Numbered from the stretch's first letter, positions 1 to 11,428 are shown. The stretch is DNA of 49,625 nucleotides from Rhodospirillales bacterium (GCA_021775325.1 JAJFID010000298.1:1-49625); one strand, 5' to 3'. The notes: generated by a model not told the origin, from the letters alone. Numbers and translations are program-made.

Positions 1-317
1 GTCATGCGATTGAGCCAGCCCATGCGGGCGACGCAATTAAATATCCAGGCAAGTTCCGCATGAGATGGATTCTGGCTCTGGTTAAACAGAATATTGGTCT
101 GCGGATCAACGCCGGAAGCTATCATGGCAGCCGCCACCTCACGTGTATTGGCGCGCAGCTCCTTGGGGTCCTGCCAGACGGTAATGGCATGCAAATCGAC
201 TACGCAGAAAATGCACTCGTAATCGTTCTGGAGGGACACCCAGTTCCGGATCGCGCCCAGATAATTGCCGAGGTGTAGATTGCCTGTGGGCTGAATGCCC
301 GAAAATATCCGACTCAT
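1..317 (-). CDS. trpS: tryptophan--tRNA ligase, N-terminal part (3' end lies beyond the window start)
   Basis: Manual minus-strand translation from ATG at 317..315 gives [46 protein letters not shown]... This has the class I HIGH-type motif (TGNLHLGN) and a typical TrpS N-terminus. It is absent from the ORF track because there is no stop inside the window. Confidence 0.9.
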   Translation of the reverse strand, partial: MSRIFSGIQPTGNLHLGNYLGAIRNWVSLQNDYECIFCVVDLHAITVWQDPKELRANTREVAAAMIASGVDPQTNILFNQSQNPSHAELAWIFNCVARMGWLNRM

Positions 318-403
318 GGAGAAGACCTTGTACAATTGTCCGTCACGTCCCTGGACGGCGGGCGTTTTATGGCGCGTGGGACCTCATGGGTCAAGCCGCC
401 CGG

Positions 404-1960
404 TTAGAGTTCCGTTGTTGTTCTGTTGCCCAGCGAACGCAAATCGCCAATTCGTGCGGCACCCAGTATCTGGGCACCCAGCCCGAATACGGCCAGTCCT
501 CCACCTACCAAAAGCGCCAAGGCCGAGACCCGCTGGTAAAGTGAGCCAGCCAGCCATTCGGTACCATAATCCATACCCGCATAAAGCAAAACAGCCATGA
601 TGACTGCAGCCGCCACCGTACGCGGCACGCGGCTGCACAGTCGTTTATCCAACACCAGTTGTCCGCGTTTTCGCAACACCACAGCCAGGGCAACCGCGTT
701 GAGCCAGGCCGATATGACCGTAGCCATTGCAATGCCCACATGCAGAAAGGGTCCCATGAGGATGAGCGACAGCACGACGTTAACCACCATGGCGGCGACC
801 GATATCACAACGGGTGTCTTGGTATCTTCGCGGGCAAAAAATCCTGGTGCAAGCGCCTTGACCAGCACATATGCAGGCAAGCCAAGAGCATAAACCGTCA
901 GCGCTTTGGCTGTTGCCAGTGCGTCCGAGTGAGCAAACGCGCCGCGCTCGAACAACACAGTTATGATCGGAACCGCAAGAACAAACAGCGCCAGCGCAGC
1001 AGGCACGGTCAGCAGCAATGTGAACTCCAGGGCGCGGTTCTGGCTGTTTTGCGCCGCAACGTCATCGCCGCCGCGCACGTGACGGGACAGCATGGGCAAC
1101 AGCGCTGTACCTACCGCCACGCCAACAACACCGAGTGGCAACTGGTTGACGCGGTCTGCATAAAACAGAAATGAAATGGAACCGGACGGCAGCAATGACG
1201 CAATGACGGTATCGATCAGCAGGTTGATCTGGTAAATTCCGGCACCAACAGCGACAGGCAACGCACGTCGGTACAGTGTCCGGATGTCATCCGTCAAACG
1301 CGGGCGCGGCAGTCGAAGGACGATACCTTCGCGAACAAGCGCGCTGTATAGCCAGACAAGCTGGACAACTCCTGCGCCACTTACGCCCCAGGCCAGCGCA
1401 TGGGCTGGGGATGGCGAATAGGGCGCGAGAAACAGAATGGCACCGATCATACACACGTTCAGCAAAACCGGTGTGGCGGCGGCGGCGGCAAAACGACCCA
1501 GGGAGTTCAAGACACCCGCGATCAGGGATGTAAGGGATACGAACAACAGGTAGGGGAAGGTAATTCTGGCAAGCAACACCGTAAGATCAAACTTTTCTGG
1601 CTCATCCAGAAATCCGGGCGCAAATACATGCAGGACCCACGGCATGGCAAGCTCAACAGCGATCACGAAACCTGTCAGGCAAATGGCAAGAACACTGAAA
1701 GCCTGGGCTGCGAAATTCACCGCCGGATCGCGACCATCGGCCTCCAGCTTTCCAGCGAAGAGCGGCACAAATGCCGCAGCAAATGCGCCTTCCGCAAACA
1801 ACCGGCGAAACAGATTTGGAAACTTCAGCGCCACAAAAAAGGCATCGGCCATAAAACCGGCGCCCAGGGCAGCCGCGATCAACATGTCGCGCACAAAACC
1901 CAGGATGCGGCTCAACAGCGTAAATCCGCCGACGGTCGTGATTGCACGCAACAGGTTCAT
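404..1960 (-). CDS. murJ: lipid II flippase MurJ/MviN
   Basis: 518 aa polytopic membrane protein. N-terminus MNLLRAITTVGGFTLLSRILGFVRDMLIAAALGAG is the canonical MurJ start. Lies next to trpS and glnD, as in many alphaproteobacteria. Confidence 0.95.
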   Translation of the reverse strand: MNLLRAITTVGGFTLLSRILGFVRDMLIAAALGAGFMADAFFVALKFPNLFRRLFAEGAFAAAFVPLFAGKLEADGRDPAVNFAAQAFSVLAICLTGFVIAVELAMPWVLHVFAPGFLDEPEKFDLTVLLARITFPYLLFVSLTSLIAGVLNSLGRFAAAAATPVLLNVCMIGAILFLAPYSPSPAHALAWGVSGAGVVQLVWLYSALVREGIVLRLPRPRLTDDIRTLYRRALPVAVGAGIYQINLLIDTVIASLLPSGSISFLFYADRVNQLPLGVVGVAVGTALLPMLSRHVRGGDDVAAQNSQNRALEFTLLLTVPAALALFVLAVPIITVLFERGAFAHSDALATAKALTVYALGLPAYVLVKALAPGFFAREDTKTPVVISVAAMVVNVVLSLILMGPFLHVGIAMATVISAWLNAVALAVVLRKRGQLVLDKRLCSRVPRTVAAAVIMAVLLYAGMDYGTEWLAGSLYQRVSALALLVGGGLAVFGLGAQILGAARIGDLRSLGNRTTTEL

Positions 1961-2020
1961 GAACGTTCAATATCCGCTTTTTGATAAAGTGGGAAGACTG
2001 CAGAAAGCATAAGCCACGGC

Positions 2021-4876
2021 CTATGCTGCGGGTGCAGATTTTGACTTGGTTTTAGCCCGGGTCTTAATCCCGGAAGATGGGGATTCTATGGCTGCTGCCT
2101 GTTGGGTTTCCTGTTGCGTTTGCTGTTGCGTCTCCGGGGCCAATACCGCGATCAGTTTTTCACGCAGGCTGGCAATCTTTTTCTCATTGGTAATTTTCAG
2201 GCCAAAGGCATCCTTGACATAAAATACGTCGACGACCCTTTCACCGTAAGTAGAAATGTGGGCACTGTTTATCTGCAGGCCCTCCGCGGTCAGGACCGCC
2301 GTCAAATCAAGAAGCAGGCCGAGCCTGTCCCGCCCGTTGACTTCAATGACGGTCGCACTGTTGCTGATGGAGTTATCACACAAAACACGGGGCGGGACTT
2401 TGAACACCTGGGTACGGGACGGCAATGCCGCATCGCGGGCCTTCGCCAGCTCCCGCGCAGGCAGCAATTCACCGTGCAGAGCCCGTTCGATACGTTTTTC
2501 AAGCCGATGCAGGCGACGACGCTCGTTGTAAGCGGCGCCGTGTTCGTCCTGAATCCAGAACGTGTCCAGCGCCATACCGTCAGAAAGCGTGACGATCTTG
2601 GCATCCACAATCGATGCCCCTGACAAGGCCATGGCCCCGGCAATCGAGGCAAACAAGCCCGGGTGGTCCGGGGCATAGACAATGACTTCAGTAACATCCT
2701 GTGTATTGGACACCGTTGTTCCGACGGCCATCAGGGTGCCGCTTTCCTCTACATCACGGGCGATCTGGGCGTGACGGGTCAGGGTTTCGGGATCGAAGCT
2801 GACCCAGTAGTGGTCGCGTCCCCGCGACATGAATTGTTCTACCCAGTCCCCGTCCCAACCTTTCAGGCGTTCCCGCAAGGCGTCCTTGGCTGTCTCAATG
2901 CGACGTTCACGCCGATCTTCTTCAAGCGTACCGCTGATTTCTTCCTGGGCCCGATAATAAAGATCCCGCAACAGCGTGGCTTTCCAGGCATTCCAGACCT
3001 TTGGTCCGACGGCGCGGATATCCACAACCGTGAGCACGAGCAGCAGACGCAATCTTTCCGGTGACTGCACGGTTTCGACAAAATCCCGCACTGTTTGCGG
3101 ATCGTCGAGATCCCGCTTGAAAGCGATACGGCTCATGAGCAGATGATGGAGCACCAGCCAGGAAACCGTTTCGGTCTCCCATTCATTGAGGCCCAGGCGC
3201 GGGCACAGCTTCAGCGCAATGTCCGCGCCGATAACCGAGTGGTCTCCTTTGCGGCCCTTGGCGATGTCGTGCAGCATAACCGCAATATACAGGACGCGGC
3301 GGGACTGGATCTCTTTCACCACACTGGTTGAAACGGGATGATCGCCTGCCAGTTCACCAGCCTCAATGCGGTGCAGGATACCCAGTGCACGGATGGTGTG
3401 CTCGTCCACCGTATAGACGTGGTACATGTCATACTGCATCTGGGCAACGACCCGACCGAAGTCCGGGATAAACCGGCCAAAAACGCCGGTCTCATTCATG
3501 GCCATGAGGGTCTTTTCCGGATTCCGTTTCGACGTCATGATTTCCACAAACGCGGTGTTGGCAGCAGTGTTTTCACGCAGCGCCGGACCGATCAGGCTCA
3601 GGTTCTGGCGCGCTGACCTGAGCGCACGTGGGTGAATATCAATATCGTTTTCAAGTGCCGTCTGAAACAGGGTGATTAACTTGACAGGATCGGCCTTATA
3701 GTCAGCACCACTGTTTACGTTCAGACGGCCCGTTTCGACCTTGAAATCATTGTACGCATTCCTGCCAAAGGACAGAGAGGGTATCCGGAAACGGCGCTGT
3801 TTTTTCTTGTGTTGCTCCTCGAGAACGGCACACAAAACGCGCGTCAAATCACCAACATCCTTGGCGATCAGAAAGTAGTGTTTCATGAGCCGCTCAACAC
3901 CGCGGGTGCCTGCGTGATCACGATAGCCCATGCGCCGGGCCACTTCCTGCTGATTGTCGAAGGTCAGCCGGTCTTCTTCACGGCCAGCCAGATAATGAAG
4001 GTTACACCTGATGGTCCACAGGAAATTTGACGCCTTGTCGAACAGACGCACGTCATCCTTGGTAAATACACCCTTCTTGACCAGATCACGAATGTCCGCC
4101 ACCTGATACAGATACTTGGCAATCCAGAACAGGGTCTGCAGGTCGCGCAACCCCCCTTTTCCATCCTTGATATTGGGCTCCAGCACATAACGGGTATCGC
4201 CCATTTTGTCGTGCCGGATATCCCGCTCACCCAGCTTGGCTTCTACAAACTCGTTTTGGCTGCCATCCATGATTTCCCGCGCATAGCGTTTTGAAAACTT
4301 TCGGAATAGTGTCACATCGCCCGCAACGCAGCGGGATTCCAGCAGGTTGGTACGAATGGTCATGTCTTCCTGCGCGAGGCGAATAGCATCATCGACGCTG
4401 CGTGTTGCATGCCCCACAACCAGTTTCAGGTCCCACAGAAAATAGAGCATGAACTCTACCACCTGTTCTGTGTGGGGCGTGGTCTTGTAAGGCACCAGAA
4501 AGTTCAAATCGATGTCGGAGTATGGCGCCATTTCCTGGCGGCCGTAACCACCAGCAGCCAGCAACGCCACCTGTTCACCCTTGGTCGGGTTGGCCGCTGG
4601 ATAGACATGGTCAAAGGTCAGCGCAGCCAAATGAACGATGATCTGGTCGGTGAGATAGGACTGCGCGCGAATAATATCGCTGGCGGGCCATGCGTCCTCT
4701 TCAAACCGTCGCCTGATTTCGTCTTTGCCCTGTGCAAGAGCAGTTTGGAAAATCGCAAAAATATCACCGTGTGTCTTGGTACTATAACCAGACCAGGACG
4801 TGATTTCGTCCACCGCCGCGCCGAAAGCGTCGCCGTTAAAGATACCACGGAGTTTCCTGGTGCTCACCATGAGCAT
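2021..4876 (-). CDS. glnD: [protein-PII] uridylyltransferase / uridylyl-removing enzyme
   Basis: 951 aa. Nucleotidyltransferase motif GGYGRQEMAPYSDIDL, HD domain (MLHDIAKG), and two C-terminal ACT-like repeats. Q/T-rich, Lys-rich C-terminal tail. Confidence 0.95.
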   Translation of the reverse strand: MLMVSTRKLRGIFNGDAFGAAVDEITSWSGYSTKTHGDIFAIFQTALAQGKDEIRRRFEEDAWPASDIIRAQSYLTDQIIVHLAALTFDHVYPAANPTKGEQVALLAAGGYGRQEMAPYSDIDLNFLVPYKTTPHTEQVVEFMLYFLWDLKLVVGHATRSVDDAIRLAQEDMTIRTNLLESRCVAGDVTLFRKFSKRYAREIMDGSQNEFVEAKLGERDIRHDKMGDTRYVLEPNIKDGKGGLRDLQTLFWIAKYLYQVADIRDLVKKGVFTKDDVRLFDKASNFLWTIRCNLHYLAGREEDRLTFDNQQEVARRMGYRDHAGTRGVERLMKHYFLIAKDVGDLTRVLCAVLEEQHKKKQRRFRIPSLSFGRNAYNDFKVETGRLNVNSGADYKADPVKLITLFQTALENDIDIHPRALRSARQNLSLIGPALRENTAANTAFVEIMTSKRNPEKTLMAMNETGVFGRFIPDFGRVVAQMQYDMYHVYTVDEHTIRALGILHRIEAGELAGDHPVSTSVVKEIQSRRVLYIAVMLHDIAKGRKGDHSVIGADIALKLCPRLGLNEWETETVSWLVLHHLLMSRIAFKRDLDDPQTVRDFVETVQSPERLRLLLVLTVVDIRAVGPKVWNAWKATLLRDLYYRAQEEISGTLEEDRRERRIETAKDALRERLKGWDGDWVEQFMSRGRDHYWVSFDPETLTRHAQIARDVEESGTLMAVGTTVSNTQDVTEVIVYAPDHPGLFASIAGAMALSGASIVDAKIVTLSDGMALDTFWIQDEHGAAYNERRRLHRLEKRIERALHGELLPARELAKARDAALPSRTQVFKVPPRVLCDNSISNSATVIEVNGRDRLGLLLDLTAVLTAEGLQINSAHISTYGERVVDVFYVKDAFGLKITNEKKIASLREKLIAVLAPETQQQTQQETQQAAAIESPSSGIKTRAKTKSKSAPAA

Positions 4877-5008
4877 TGCATTCCATTATCGAAACATAAA
4901 TATCGACAAAATTTAGTCATTCATCTAATTCTATTCATATAGGTTCATCAAGAAATATCGATTAAGCAATATGTCTTAATCCAATTATGTAGCGATTTGA
5001 TTTCCTAT

Positions 5009-7774
5009 CTAGTTATTCTCGTTTAAGCGCATTGATTTAAGCGTATACAAAAAATCCAGTGCGTCTCGCGGCGACAGATCATCAACATTGACCCTGTCAA
5101 GCTCAAGCAGCGCGGGCTCAATCATTACGCTCCTGCTGTTAATGCTATTTGTATCCTCAGACATGGCGGCGAACAAGGGCAGGTCATCTGCCAGCTTGGT
5201 CAGCTTCGACGTCTGCTCGCCCTGCTCAAGTGTTGCGAGGATTTGTTCGGCATACGAAATGACCGCTGGTGGCAACCCTGCCAGCCTGCCCACGTGTATG
5301 CCATAGGAGCGATCAGCGGTACCAAGCCCCACTTGATGAAGAAATATGACGTCGCCTTCCCATTCCTTGACCCGCATGCAATGACAGCTCAGGTCCACCA
5401 GTCGGGCCGACAGGGCGGTCAATTCATGATAATGGGTGGCAAACAGGGCGCGGCACCGGTTTACCTCGTGCAACTGCTCCACCACGGCCCAGGCAATGGA
5501 TAAACCATCAAATGTAGCGGTCCCGCGGCCGATTTCGTCCAGAATGACCAGCGAACGAGGGCCGGCCTGATTGAGAATGGCCGCGGTCTCGACCATTTCC
5601 ACCATAAAGGTCGACCGCCCCCGGGCCAGGTCATCCGCGGCACCAACCCTTGAGAACAGCCGGTCAACGATACCGATACGCGCCTCGTCGGCTGGCACGA
5701 AGCTACCCATCTGCGCCAACAGGGCGATCAACGCATTCTGGCGCAGGAATGTACTTTTGCCCGCCATGTTGGGCCCGGTCAGCAGCCATAAACGTGCGCC
5801 GTCCGATAAATCCGTATCATTGGCAACAAACTGTCCATCGCCGGATCGTAAAAGTGCGTCTTCCACAACCGGATGCCTGCCGCCCACAATATGAAGGTCG
5901 CGATCATCGTTCAGAACCGGTCTGTTATACCGTGACTGTACAGCCAGCTCGGCGAGCGCCGCTGATACATCCATGGCGGCGAGGCCAGCGGCGGCACCCG
6001 CCAACGTGACCACGGCGTTCAGCACGTCATTACACAAATCCAGAAAAATTTCGGCTTCAAGTGCCTGGGCCTTATCGGCAGCCTGGGCAATCCGGCCTTC
6101 GAGTTCATTGAGTTCCGTGGTGGTAAACCGAACCGCGTTTGCCATGGTCTGGCGGTGGATGAAGGGGCTGTCCTTATCAGCGATGATCCGGTCGCCCTGC
6201 TTGGCGGGGACCTCGACAAAATACCCCAGCACATTGTTATGACGAACCTTCAGCGTTGTTATTTCAGTGTCGGCCTGATACCGCGCCTGCAGGCTGGCGA
6301 TCAGGCGTTTGCTTTCGTCACGAAGCGAGCGGAGCTCATCCAGTGACGGCATGAAACCGGCGCGAACAAACCCGCCATCGCGAACATAGACAGGTAAGTC
6401 GTCTGCCAGGGCACTGGTTAGCCGCTCGTTCAGCGCGGGGTGGCCATCGAGCGATGCCAGATTATGGGCAATGGCGTCAGGCATGCCACTCGCCACGGAC
6501 ACGCAGGCATGAATGGCGTCAGTGCGGTCCAGAACATGCGCCACAGCCGCCAGATCTCGAGGACCACCGCGGCCAATGCTGAGTCTGGATAACGCCCGCT
6601 CCATGTCCGGCAGGCCGCGAAACTGGGCACGGACATCGTCACGAACCCGCCCTGAGTCCACAAAAAACTGAACGGCGTCCAGTCTGGCATCAATTTCCAA
6701 ACGATCGGTAAGTGGCGCACTCAACCGGGCCATCAACAGACGCGCGCCGGCACCCGTGAGCGTGCAGTCAATAACAGACAGCAAACTGCCTTTGCGCTCA
6801 CCGGATAAGGTGCTGGTCAGCTCAAGATTACGCCGGGTCGCGGCATCGATTTCCATGACCGAACCACGGGCGTACTGGCGCGGCGGCGCAATGCGGGGCA
6901 GGGCGCCCTTTTGTGTCAGTTCCACATAGGTAACAAGCGCACCAGCAGCGGCGATCTCTGCGCGACAGAAATTGCCAAACGAATCCAGCGTGCCCACACC
7001 AAAAATCTGTTCCAGCCGCCTCCGGGCATTGTCACTGTCAAACCGGCTCGCCGGTTCCACGGTCATGACATCGCGCCAGTCCGCCGCCAGATCAGACAGG
7101 CCGTCGCGCGCAACGACGGTTTCCGAGATGAGGATTTCGCCCGGCGCAAGTCTGGCAATAATCGCCATAAGCCCGGCCTCGTCACTGGCCTGGGTCTGCA
7201 GCGTGCCCGTGGAGACGTCCATCCAGGCAACGCCAAACTCACCCTTTGCCATGGCGATACTGACCAGATAGTTGTTGGCCCGCGCATCCAGCAGCGTGTC
7301 TTCGGTCAGGGTTCCGGGGGTGACAATACGAACCACATCACGTTTGACCACAGCCTTGTAGCCGCGCTTGCGTTTGGCTTCCGCCGGATCTTCCACCTGC
7401 TCACAGATGGCAACCTTGAATCCTTTTCGGATCAGACGCTCCAGATATACAACGTGACTGTGCGCCGGCACGCCGCACATGGAAATTTCCTCGCCACGAT
7501 GCTTGCCGCGCTTGGTCAGGGTAATGTCCAGCGCTTCAGCAGCCTGTACAGCATCGTCAAAAAACAGCTCAAAAAAATCACCCATGCGATAGAACAACAG
7601 CGCGTCGGGATGCTCGCTCTTGATCGCGAGATACTGTTCCATCATGGGGGTGGGTCGATCACTGGACGGGGCGGGGGCTTTTTCGACCGTCGCTGCCTCT
7701 GCCGCAGGTGCTGCAGAAGCCTCGTCGTTTTCCTCATTATCCTGCTCAACCCGGGTGAGTGCTGCCTTATTCAC
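5009..7774 (-). CDS. mutS: DNA mismatch repair protein MutS
   Basis: 921 aa. [34 protein letters not shown] mismatch-binding N-domain and Walker [17 protein letters not shown] start at 7774 is preceded by AAAGGTGGA with about 8 nt spacing. Confidence 0.97.
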   Translation of the reverse strand: MNKAALTRVEQDNEENDEASAAPAAEAATVEKAPAPSSDRPTPMMEQYLAIKSEHPDALLFYRMGDFFELFFDDAVQAAEALDITLTKRGKHRGEEISMCGVPAHSHVVYLERLIRKGFKVAICEQVEDPAEAKRKRGYKAVVKRDVVRIVTPGTLTEDTLLDARANNYLVSIAMAKGEFGVAWMDVSTGTLQTQASDEAGLMAIIARLAPGEILISETVVARDGLSDLAADWRDVMTVEPASRFDSDNARRRLEQIFGVGTLDSFGNFCRAEIAAAGALVTYVELTQKGALPRIAPPRQYARGSVMEIDAATRRNLELTSTLSGERKGSLLSVIDCTLTGAGARLLMARLSAPLTDRLEIDARLDAVQFFVDSGRVRDDVRAQFRGLPDMERALSRLSIGRGGPRDLAAVAHVLDRTDAIHACVSVASGMPDAIAHNLASLDGHPALNERLTSALADDLPVYVRDGGFVRAGFMPSLDELRSLRDESKRLIASLQARYQADTEITTLKVRHNNVLGYFVEVPAKQGDRIIADKDSPFIHRQTMANAVRFTTTELNELEGRIAQAADKAQALEAEIFLDLCNDVLNAVVTLAGAAAGLAAMDVSAALAELAVQSRYNRPVLNDDRDLHIVGGRHPVVEDALLRSGDGQFVANDTDLSDGARLWLLTGPNMAGKSTFLRQNALIALLAQMGSFVPADEARIGIVDRLFSRVGAADDLARGRSTFMVEMVETAAILNQAGPRSLVILDEIGRGTATFDGLSIAWAVVEQLHEVNRCRALFATHYHELTALSARLVDLSCHCMRVKEWEGDVIFLHQVGLGTADRSYGIHVGRLAGLPPAVISYAEQILATLEQGEQTSKLTKLADDLPLFAAMSEDTNSINSRSVMIEPALLELDRVNVDDLSPRDALDFLYTLKSMRLNENN

Positions 7775-7864
7775 GCCGTTTGTCCACCTTTTGACCGATC
7801 ACCTGCCTGCCCACGGAGACGTTATCACATGCAATGCCGGGGACACCATCACCACAACGCACTT

Positions 7865-8383
7865 TCAATGCAGGGCAACCGCTGTTGCGCGCTCGTGGCA
7901 TTCGGCTGACTGCGCGCTGAAACAACAGAAAATGACTTTTTCAATTGTGTCGTCGTGGGCGAGAAAGGTGTTCACGGTTGCCAGGGCGATGATGGCGGCA
8001 CGGTCCGGCGGGAACCTGTACACGCCTGTGCTGATGGCGGGAAACGCGATGGTGCGGACACCATTTTCCACCGCCAGAGTCATGGCGTTGCGATAACACG
8101 CGGCCAGCAGGTCGCCCTCATCATGACCGCCGCCCTGCCACACAGGGCCAACGGTATGGATGACAATTCGTGCTTTCAGGTTGTAGGCCTTGGTGACGCG
8201 GGCCTCGCCCGTGGGGCACCCCCCTAACCTGCGGCATTCGGCCAGCAGTTCCGGACCGGCGGACCGGTGAATGGCACCATCCACACCGCCACCACCCAGC
8301 AGACTCTCATTGGCGGCGTTGACGATGGCATCCGCGTCGAGGCGGGTAATATCACCGGTTACGATGGAAATACGGTCAGCCAT
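7865..8383 (-). CDS. macro domain protein (O-acetyl-ADP-ribose deacetylase-like)
   Basis: 172 aa. ISIVTGDITRLDADAIVNAANESLLGGGGVDGAIHRSAG plus AFPAISTGVYRFP are the macro-domain signature blocks. Confidence 0.9.
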   Translation of the reverse strand: MADRISIVTGDITRLDADAIVNAANESLLGGGGVDGAIHRSAGPELLAECRRLGGCPTGEARVTKAYNLKARIVIHTVGPVWQGGGHDEGDLLAACYRNAMTLAVENGVRTIAFPAISTGVYRFPPDRAAIIALATVNTFLAHDDTIEKVIFCCFSAQSAECHERATAVALH

Positions 8384-8469
8384 GATACACGGTCACCTGT
8401 TCAGCATATTCTGTCACCAACCCCAGCACCGTCTACCGGACAATCACCTTACCTTTGGTGTCTTGTTGG

Positions 8470-8673
8470 TTATTCCGTGTTGCCATCGGCATTGGAACCT
8501 TCTTGCGCATTCTCTTTGTAGGCCTTGCGCTGCATGATGCCCTTCCACAAAAGAAAAGCCCCGATGATCGGCGCAATCAGCATGGCTGAATCGCCTCCGG
8601 TGTAGATCAACCAGCCACCTGCGAGAGCAAGAAAACCAACTCCTGCTATAATGTTTCCCGTACCGTTCGACAA
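8470..8673 (-). CDS. small two-helix membrane protein, function unknown
   Basis: 67 aa with two hydrophobic helices and a charged tail. TTG start preceded by AAGGAG (about 10 nt spacer). No family recognised. Confidence 0.5.
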   Translation of the reverse strand: MSNGTGNIIAGVGFLALAGGWLIYTGGDSAMLIAPIIGAFLLWKGIMQRKAYKENAQEGSNADGNTE

Positions 8674-8838
8674 TTCTTTCCCACTCCTTTGCGCTCAGAG
8701 CGATTCTCGCTGGTTTTGGCCTTTCGTTCAGACAGATTCCCGAACCGCATTCGCGGCATGAATGGTAAATGTTATACCCGAAGTCGACAAGCTGACACGG
8801 CTCGTCCTGATGTGCGGTGGAACGGTTGTAAACGGCGC

Positions 8839-9474
8839 TCAGACAGGGTGGAACTCTCCGGTTTCCATATCCAGTCCCATCAACGAACTGTGGAAAATGC
8901 TGAAGTAGGCCCCGCGCAGTTTCATATTTCGGTTTGCCATAGCCTCTTTTACAAACGGAAACGTTTGCAGGTTTTCAATGGATACACGGACACCTGCAAA
9001 CTCCATGGACTCTTGTAACTGTTCGTTGGACTGCCCGCCGCCTGATCTCAGCACATGTGTCCGTGCAGGATTCAACAACGACATCCACCGGTCGATAAAT
9101 CCAACACTCCTGCTCCACTCGTCCCTGCCGTCCAGGAATTTGGTGATACCACCACATTGGGCATGCCCCATGACGACGATGCTATCGACTTTCAATCCCA
9201 GAACGGCAAACTCGATTGCGGCGCTGGTCCCATGATAGTCGCCATGCGGCTCAAACGGCGGGACCAGATTGGCCACATTCCGGACGATAAAAAGCTCTCC
9301 CGGTCCGGCATCGAAGATTGTGGACGGGTCTACCCGGCTGTCACAACAACTGATGACCATGGTTTTCGGCGATTGCCCCACTGTGGCCAGTTGCTGATAC
9401 AGCTTTGCCTTTTTTTCTTCCCGTGCTGCTGAGAAGCGATTGTATCCATCAACGAGGTCCATCAAATCATGCAT
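8839..9474 (-). CDS. beta-class carbonic anhydrase
   Basis: 211 aa. CCDSRVDP ... FIVRNVANLVPP ... HGTSAAIEFAV ... VMGHAQCGG is the Cys/Asp/His/Cys zinc-site pattern of beta-CAs. Confidence 0.9.
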   Translation of the reverse strand: MHDLMDLVDGYNRFSAAREEKKAKLYQQLATVGQSPKTMVISCCDSRVDPSTIFDAGPGELFIVRNVANLVPPFEPHGDYHGTSAAIEFAVLGLKVDSIVVMGHAQCGGITKFLDGRDEWSRSVGFIDRWMSLLNPARTHVLRSGGGQSNEQLQESMEFAGVRVSIENLQTFPFVKEAMANRNMKLRGAYFSIFHSSLMGLDMETGEFHPV

Positions 9475-9523
9475 AGTTCATTCCTGGAAACACAAATGAG
9501 TTCAAACCGTTCGCGCATGATAT

Positions 9524-10063
9524 TCACGACCCGTCTTTCTGCTGGGCGCGCTCAACGGCTTCGCGAATCAGATCAAGCGCCTCTTCCGTTTCGCCCCAGC
9601 CCTTGACCTTGGCCCACTTGTCCGGCTCCAGGTCCTTGTAGTGCTCGAAAAAGTGCGAAATCTGATCCAGCATTACCGGCCTGATGTCACGGTACGAGCC
9701 CACGTTGCCATAAAACGGGTGCAGGTCGTCCAGCGGCACGCACAGCAGTTTTTCGTCCTGACCGCTTTCATCTTCCATGATCAGCGCACCGATGGGACGT
9801 GACGGAATGATGACGCCGGGCTGTACCGCGATCTGTCCCAGTACGGCAGCATCTATCGGATCACCGTCATCGGACAGCGTGTGCGGGATGAAGCCGTAAT
9901 TGCAGGGGTAATACATGGCGGTATGCAGGAAGCGGTCCACATACATGGCCCCTGATTCCTTGTCGAATTCGTACTTCACCGGATTTCCGCCCATGGGAAT
10001 TTCGATGATCACGTTCACTTCGTAGGGAACGTTTCGTCCGATGGGTACTTTTTTCAGATCCAT
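9524..10063 (-). CDS. ppa: inorganic pyrophosphatase (family I)
   Basis: 179 aa. VNVIIEIPMGGNPVKYEFDKESG...VDRFL...YPCNYGFIP.TLSDDGDPIDAAVL is the classic family I PPase core. Confidence 0.95.
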   Translation of the reverse strand: MDLKKVPIGRNVPYEVNVIIEIPMGGNPVKYEFDKESGAMYVDRFLHTAMYYPCNYGFIPHTLSDDGDPIDAAVLGQIAVQPGVIIPSRPIGALIMEDESGQDEKLLCVPLDDLHPFYGNVGSYRDIRPVMLDQISHFFEHYKDLEPDKWAKVKGWGETEEALDLIREAVERAQQKDGS

Positions 10064-10114
10064 GGTCCTGCCTTTCGCTTTGCTGGGGCTGTTTTAGTAA
10101 ACCAGCAGAAATGA

Positions 10115-11428
10115 TCAAGTACTTCGCACGCGGTCATCGCCCGGCGGATACCGCCGGATCAGCCAGACCAGCAGAATCAGACCGGGCAGGGCGGCGACGG
10201 TGGTCATGAGGAAATAACTGACCCAGTCCACCTGATCCGCCAGCCAGCCGCCGCCGGATGCAAATATTGTACGCGCGAACCCCATAAATGACGAGAACAG
10301 GGCGTACTGGGTTGCCGTATAGGCCAGATTACACAGGCCCGACAGATAAGCCACGAACGCTGTTGTCGCCATACCGCCGGTGAAATTCTCGATACTGATG
10401 GTGATGGTCAGCATGGGCACGGAATAGCCGACCCACGCCTGCAGGGCGAAAACCAGATTGGACGCCGCCTGTAACACACCACAGATCAGCAATGCCCGCA
10501 GAATACCAAGTCGGGCCACCAGCACACCACCCGCGAACGCGCCCGCGATGGTCATGACCATGCCCCAGGACTTGGTGACAACGCCTATTTCGGCCTTGGA
10601 AAACCCGGCCTCCAGATAAAACGGGTTGGCCATGATGCCGAGCAGGGCATCGCCATACTTGTAAAACGCTATAAACAGCAGGATCAATAACCAGTCCGGA
10701 CGTTTCAGGAAGTCGGCAAAGGGTGCGACAACGGCTTCTCTGATCCACTGCAAAGCGGGTGTTGTATCTGTGGTGTCAGACTCACCCGCCGGATGTTCCG
10801 GCTCCGGGCTGATCAGCGTGGCAACGATACTGACGGCCATTAAAATGGACATGACACCATAGGCCCAGAACCAGCCCGCATATTGGGCGATGATCAACGC
10901 ACCGCCGCCCGATACCAGCATGGCCATGCGATAGCCAAAAACAAAGTTTGCGGCACCCGCGCCGAGCTGTTCCTCATCCAGGCTCTCGACCCGATAGGCA
11001 TCGGCGACAATATCCAGCGTTGCCGAGGCAAAAGCCAGAACCACAGCCCACAGTGCCGTCCACCACAGCCCCGTTGCCGGATCGGTACTGCCAAGGCCCA
11101 CCATGGCGGCGGCCACGGAAACCTGGGAAAACACCAGCCAGCCCCGGCGCTGACCAAGCCAGCGGGTCAGCAGCGGCAGGGGCATGCGATCCACCAGGGG
11201 TGCCCACAGAAACTTGAGCGTATAGGCCGTGCTGGCCCACACAAACAGGCCGATTGCCGTCTTGCTGACACCGGATTCACTCAGCCATGCCGACAATGTG
11301 GCATACACAAGCGCCAGCGGCAGACCACTGGCAAAGCCGAACGCCAGCAGGATAACAACCCGCCGCTCAAGATAGATGGAGAAGGATTCGACCCAGTTTC
11401 TCATGGGCGGTAGTTTAACCGACCGCAC
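10115..11428 (-). CDS. ampG: AmpG-family muropeptide/MFS permease
   Basis: 437 aa, about 12-14 TM helices. LLAFGFASGLPLALVYATLSAWLSESGVSKTAIGLF resembles the AmpG N-terminus. Start is uncertain: GTG at 11428 or ATG at 11404. Confidence 0.85.
   Translation of the reverse strand: MRSVKLPPMRNWVESFSIYLERRVVILLAFGFASGLPLALVYATLSAWLSESGVSKTAIGLFVWASTAYTLKFLWAPLVDRMPLPLLTRWLGQRRGWLVFSQVSVAAAMVGLGSTDPATGLWWTALWAVVLAFASATLDIVADAYRVESLDEEQLGAGAANFVFGYRMAMLVSGGGALIIAQYAGWFWAYGVMSILMAVSIVATLISPEPEHPAGESDTTDTTPALQWIREAVVAPFADFLKRPDWLLILLFIAFYKYGDALLGIMANPFYLEAGFSKAEIGVVTKSWGMVMTIAGAFAGGVLVARLGILRALLICGVLQAASNLVFALQAWVGYSVPMLTITISIENFTGGMATTAFVAYLSGLCNLAYTATQYALFSSFMGFARTIFASGGGWLADQVDWVSYFLMTTVAALPGLILLVWLIRRYPPGDDRVRST

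Noticed and set aside
6911-7909. 332-aa plus-strand ORF antisense to mutS. Similar long antisense ORFs occur at 21131..21871, 32161..33195, 40013..41209, 10883..11413 and 13198..13866.
   Set aside because: Each lies fully opposite a gene with strong, full-length homology. Their translations are Arg/Gly/His-rich with no recognisable motifs. This is the typical shadow-ORF artefact of moderately GC-rich DNA.
10079-10107. 7-bp inverted repeat CTGCTGG...CCAGCAG just downstream of ampG.
   Set aside because: The stem is short, the loop is 15 nt and no T-tract follows on the ampG strand, so the support for a terminator call is insufficient.
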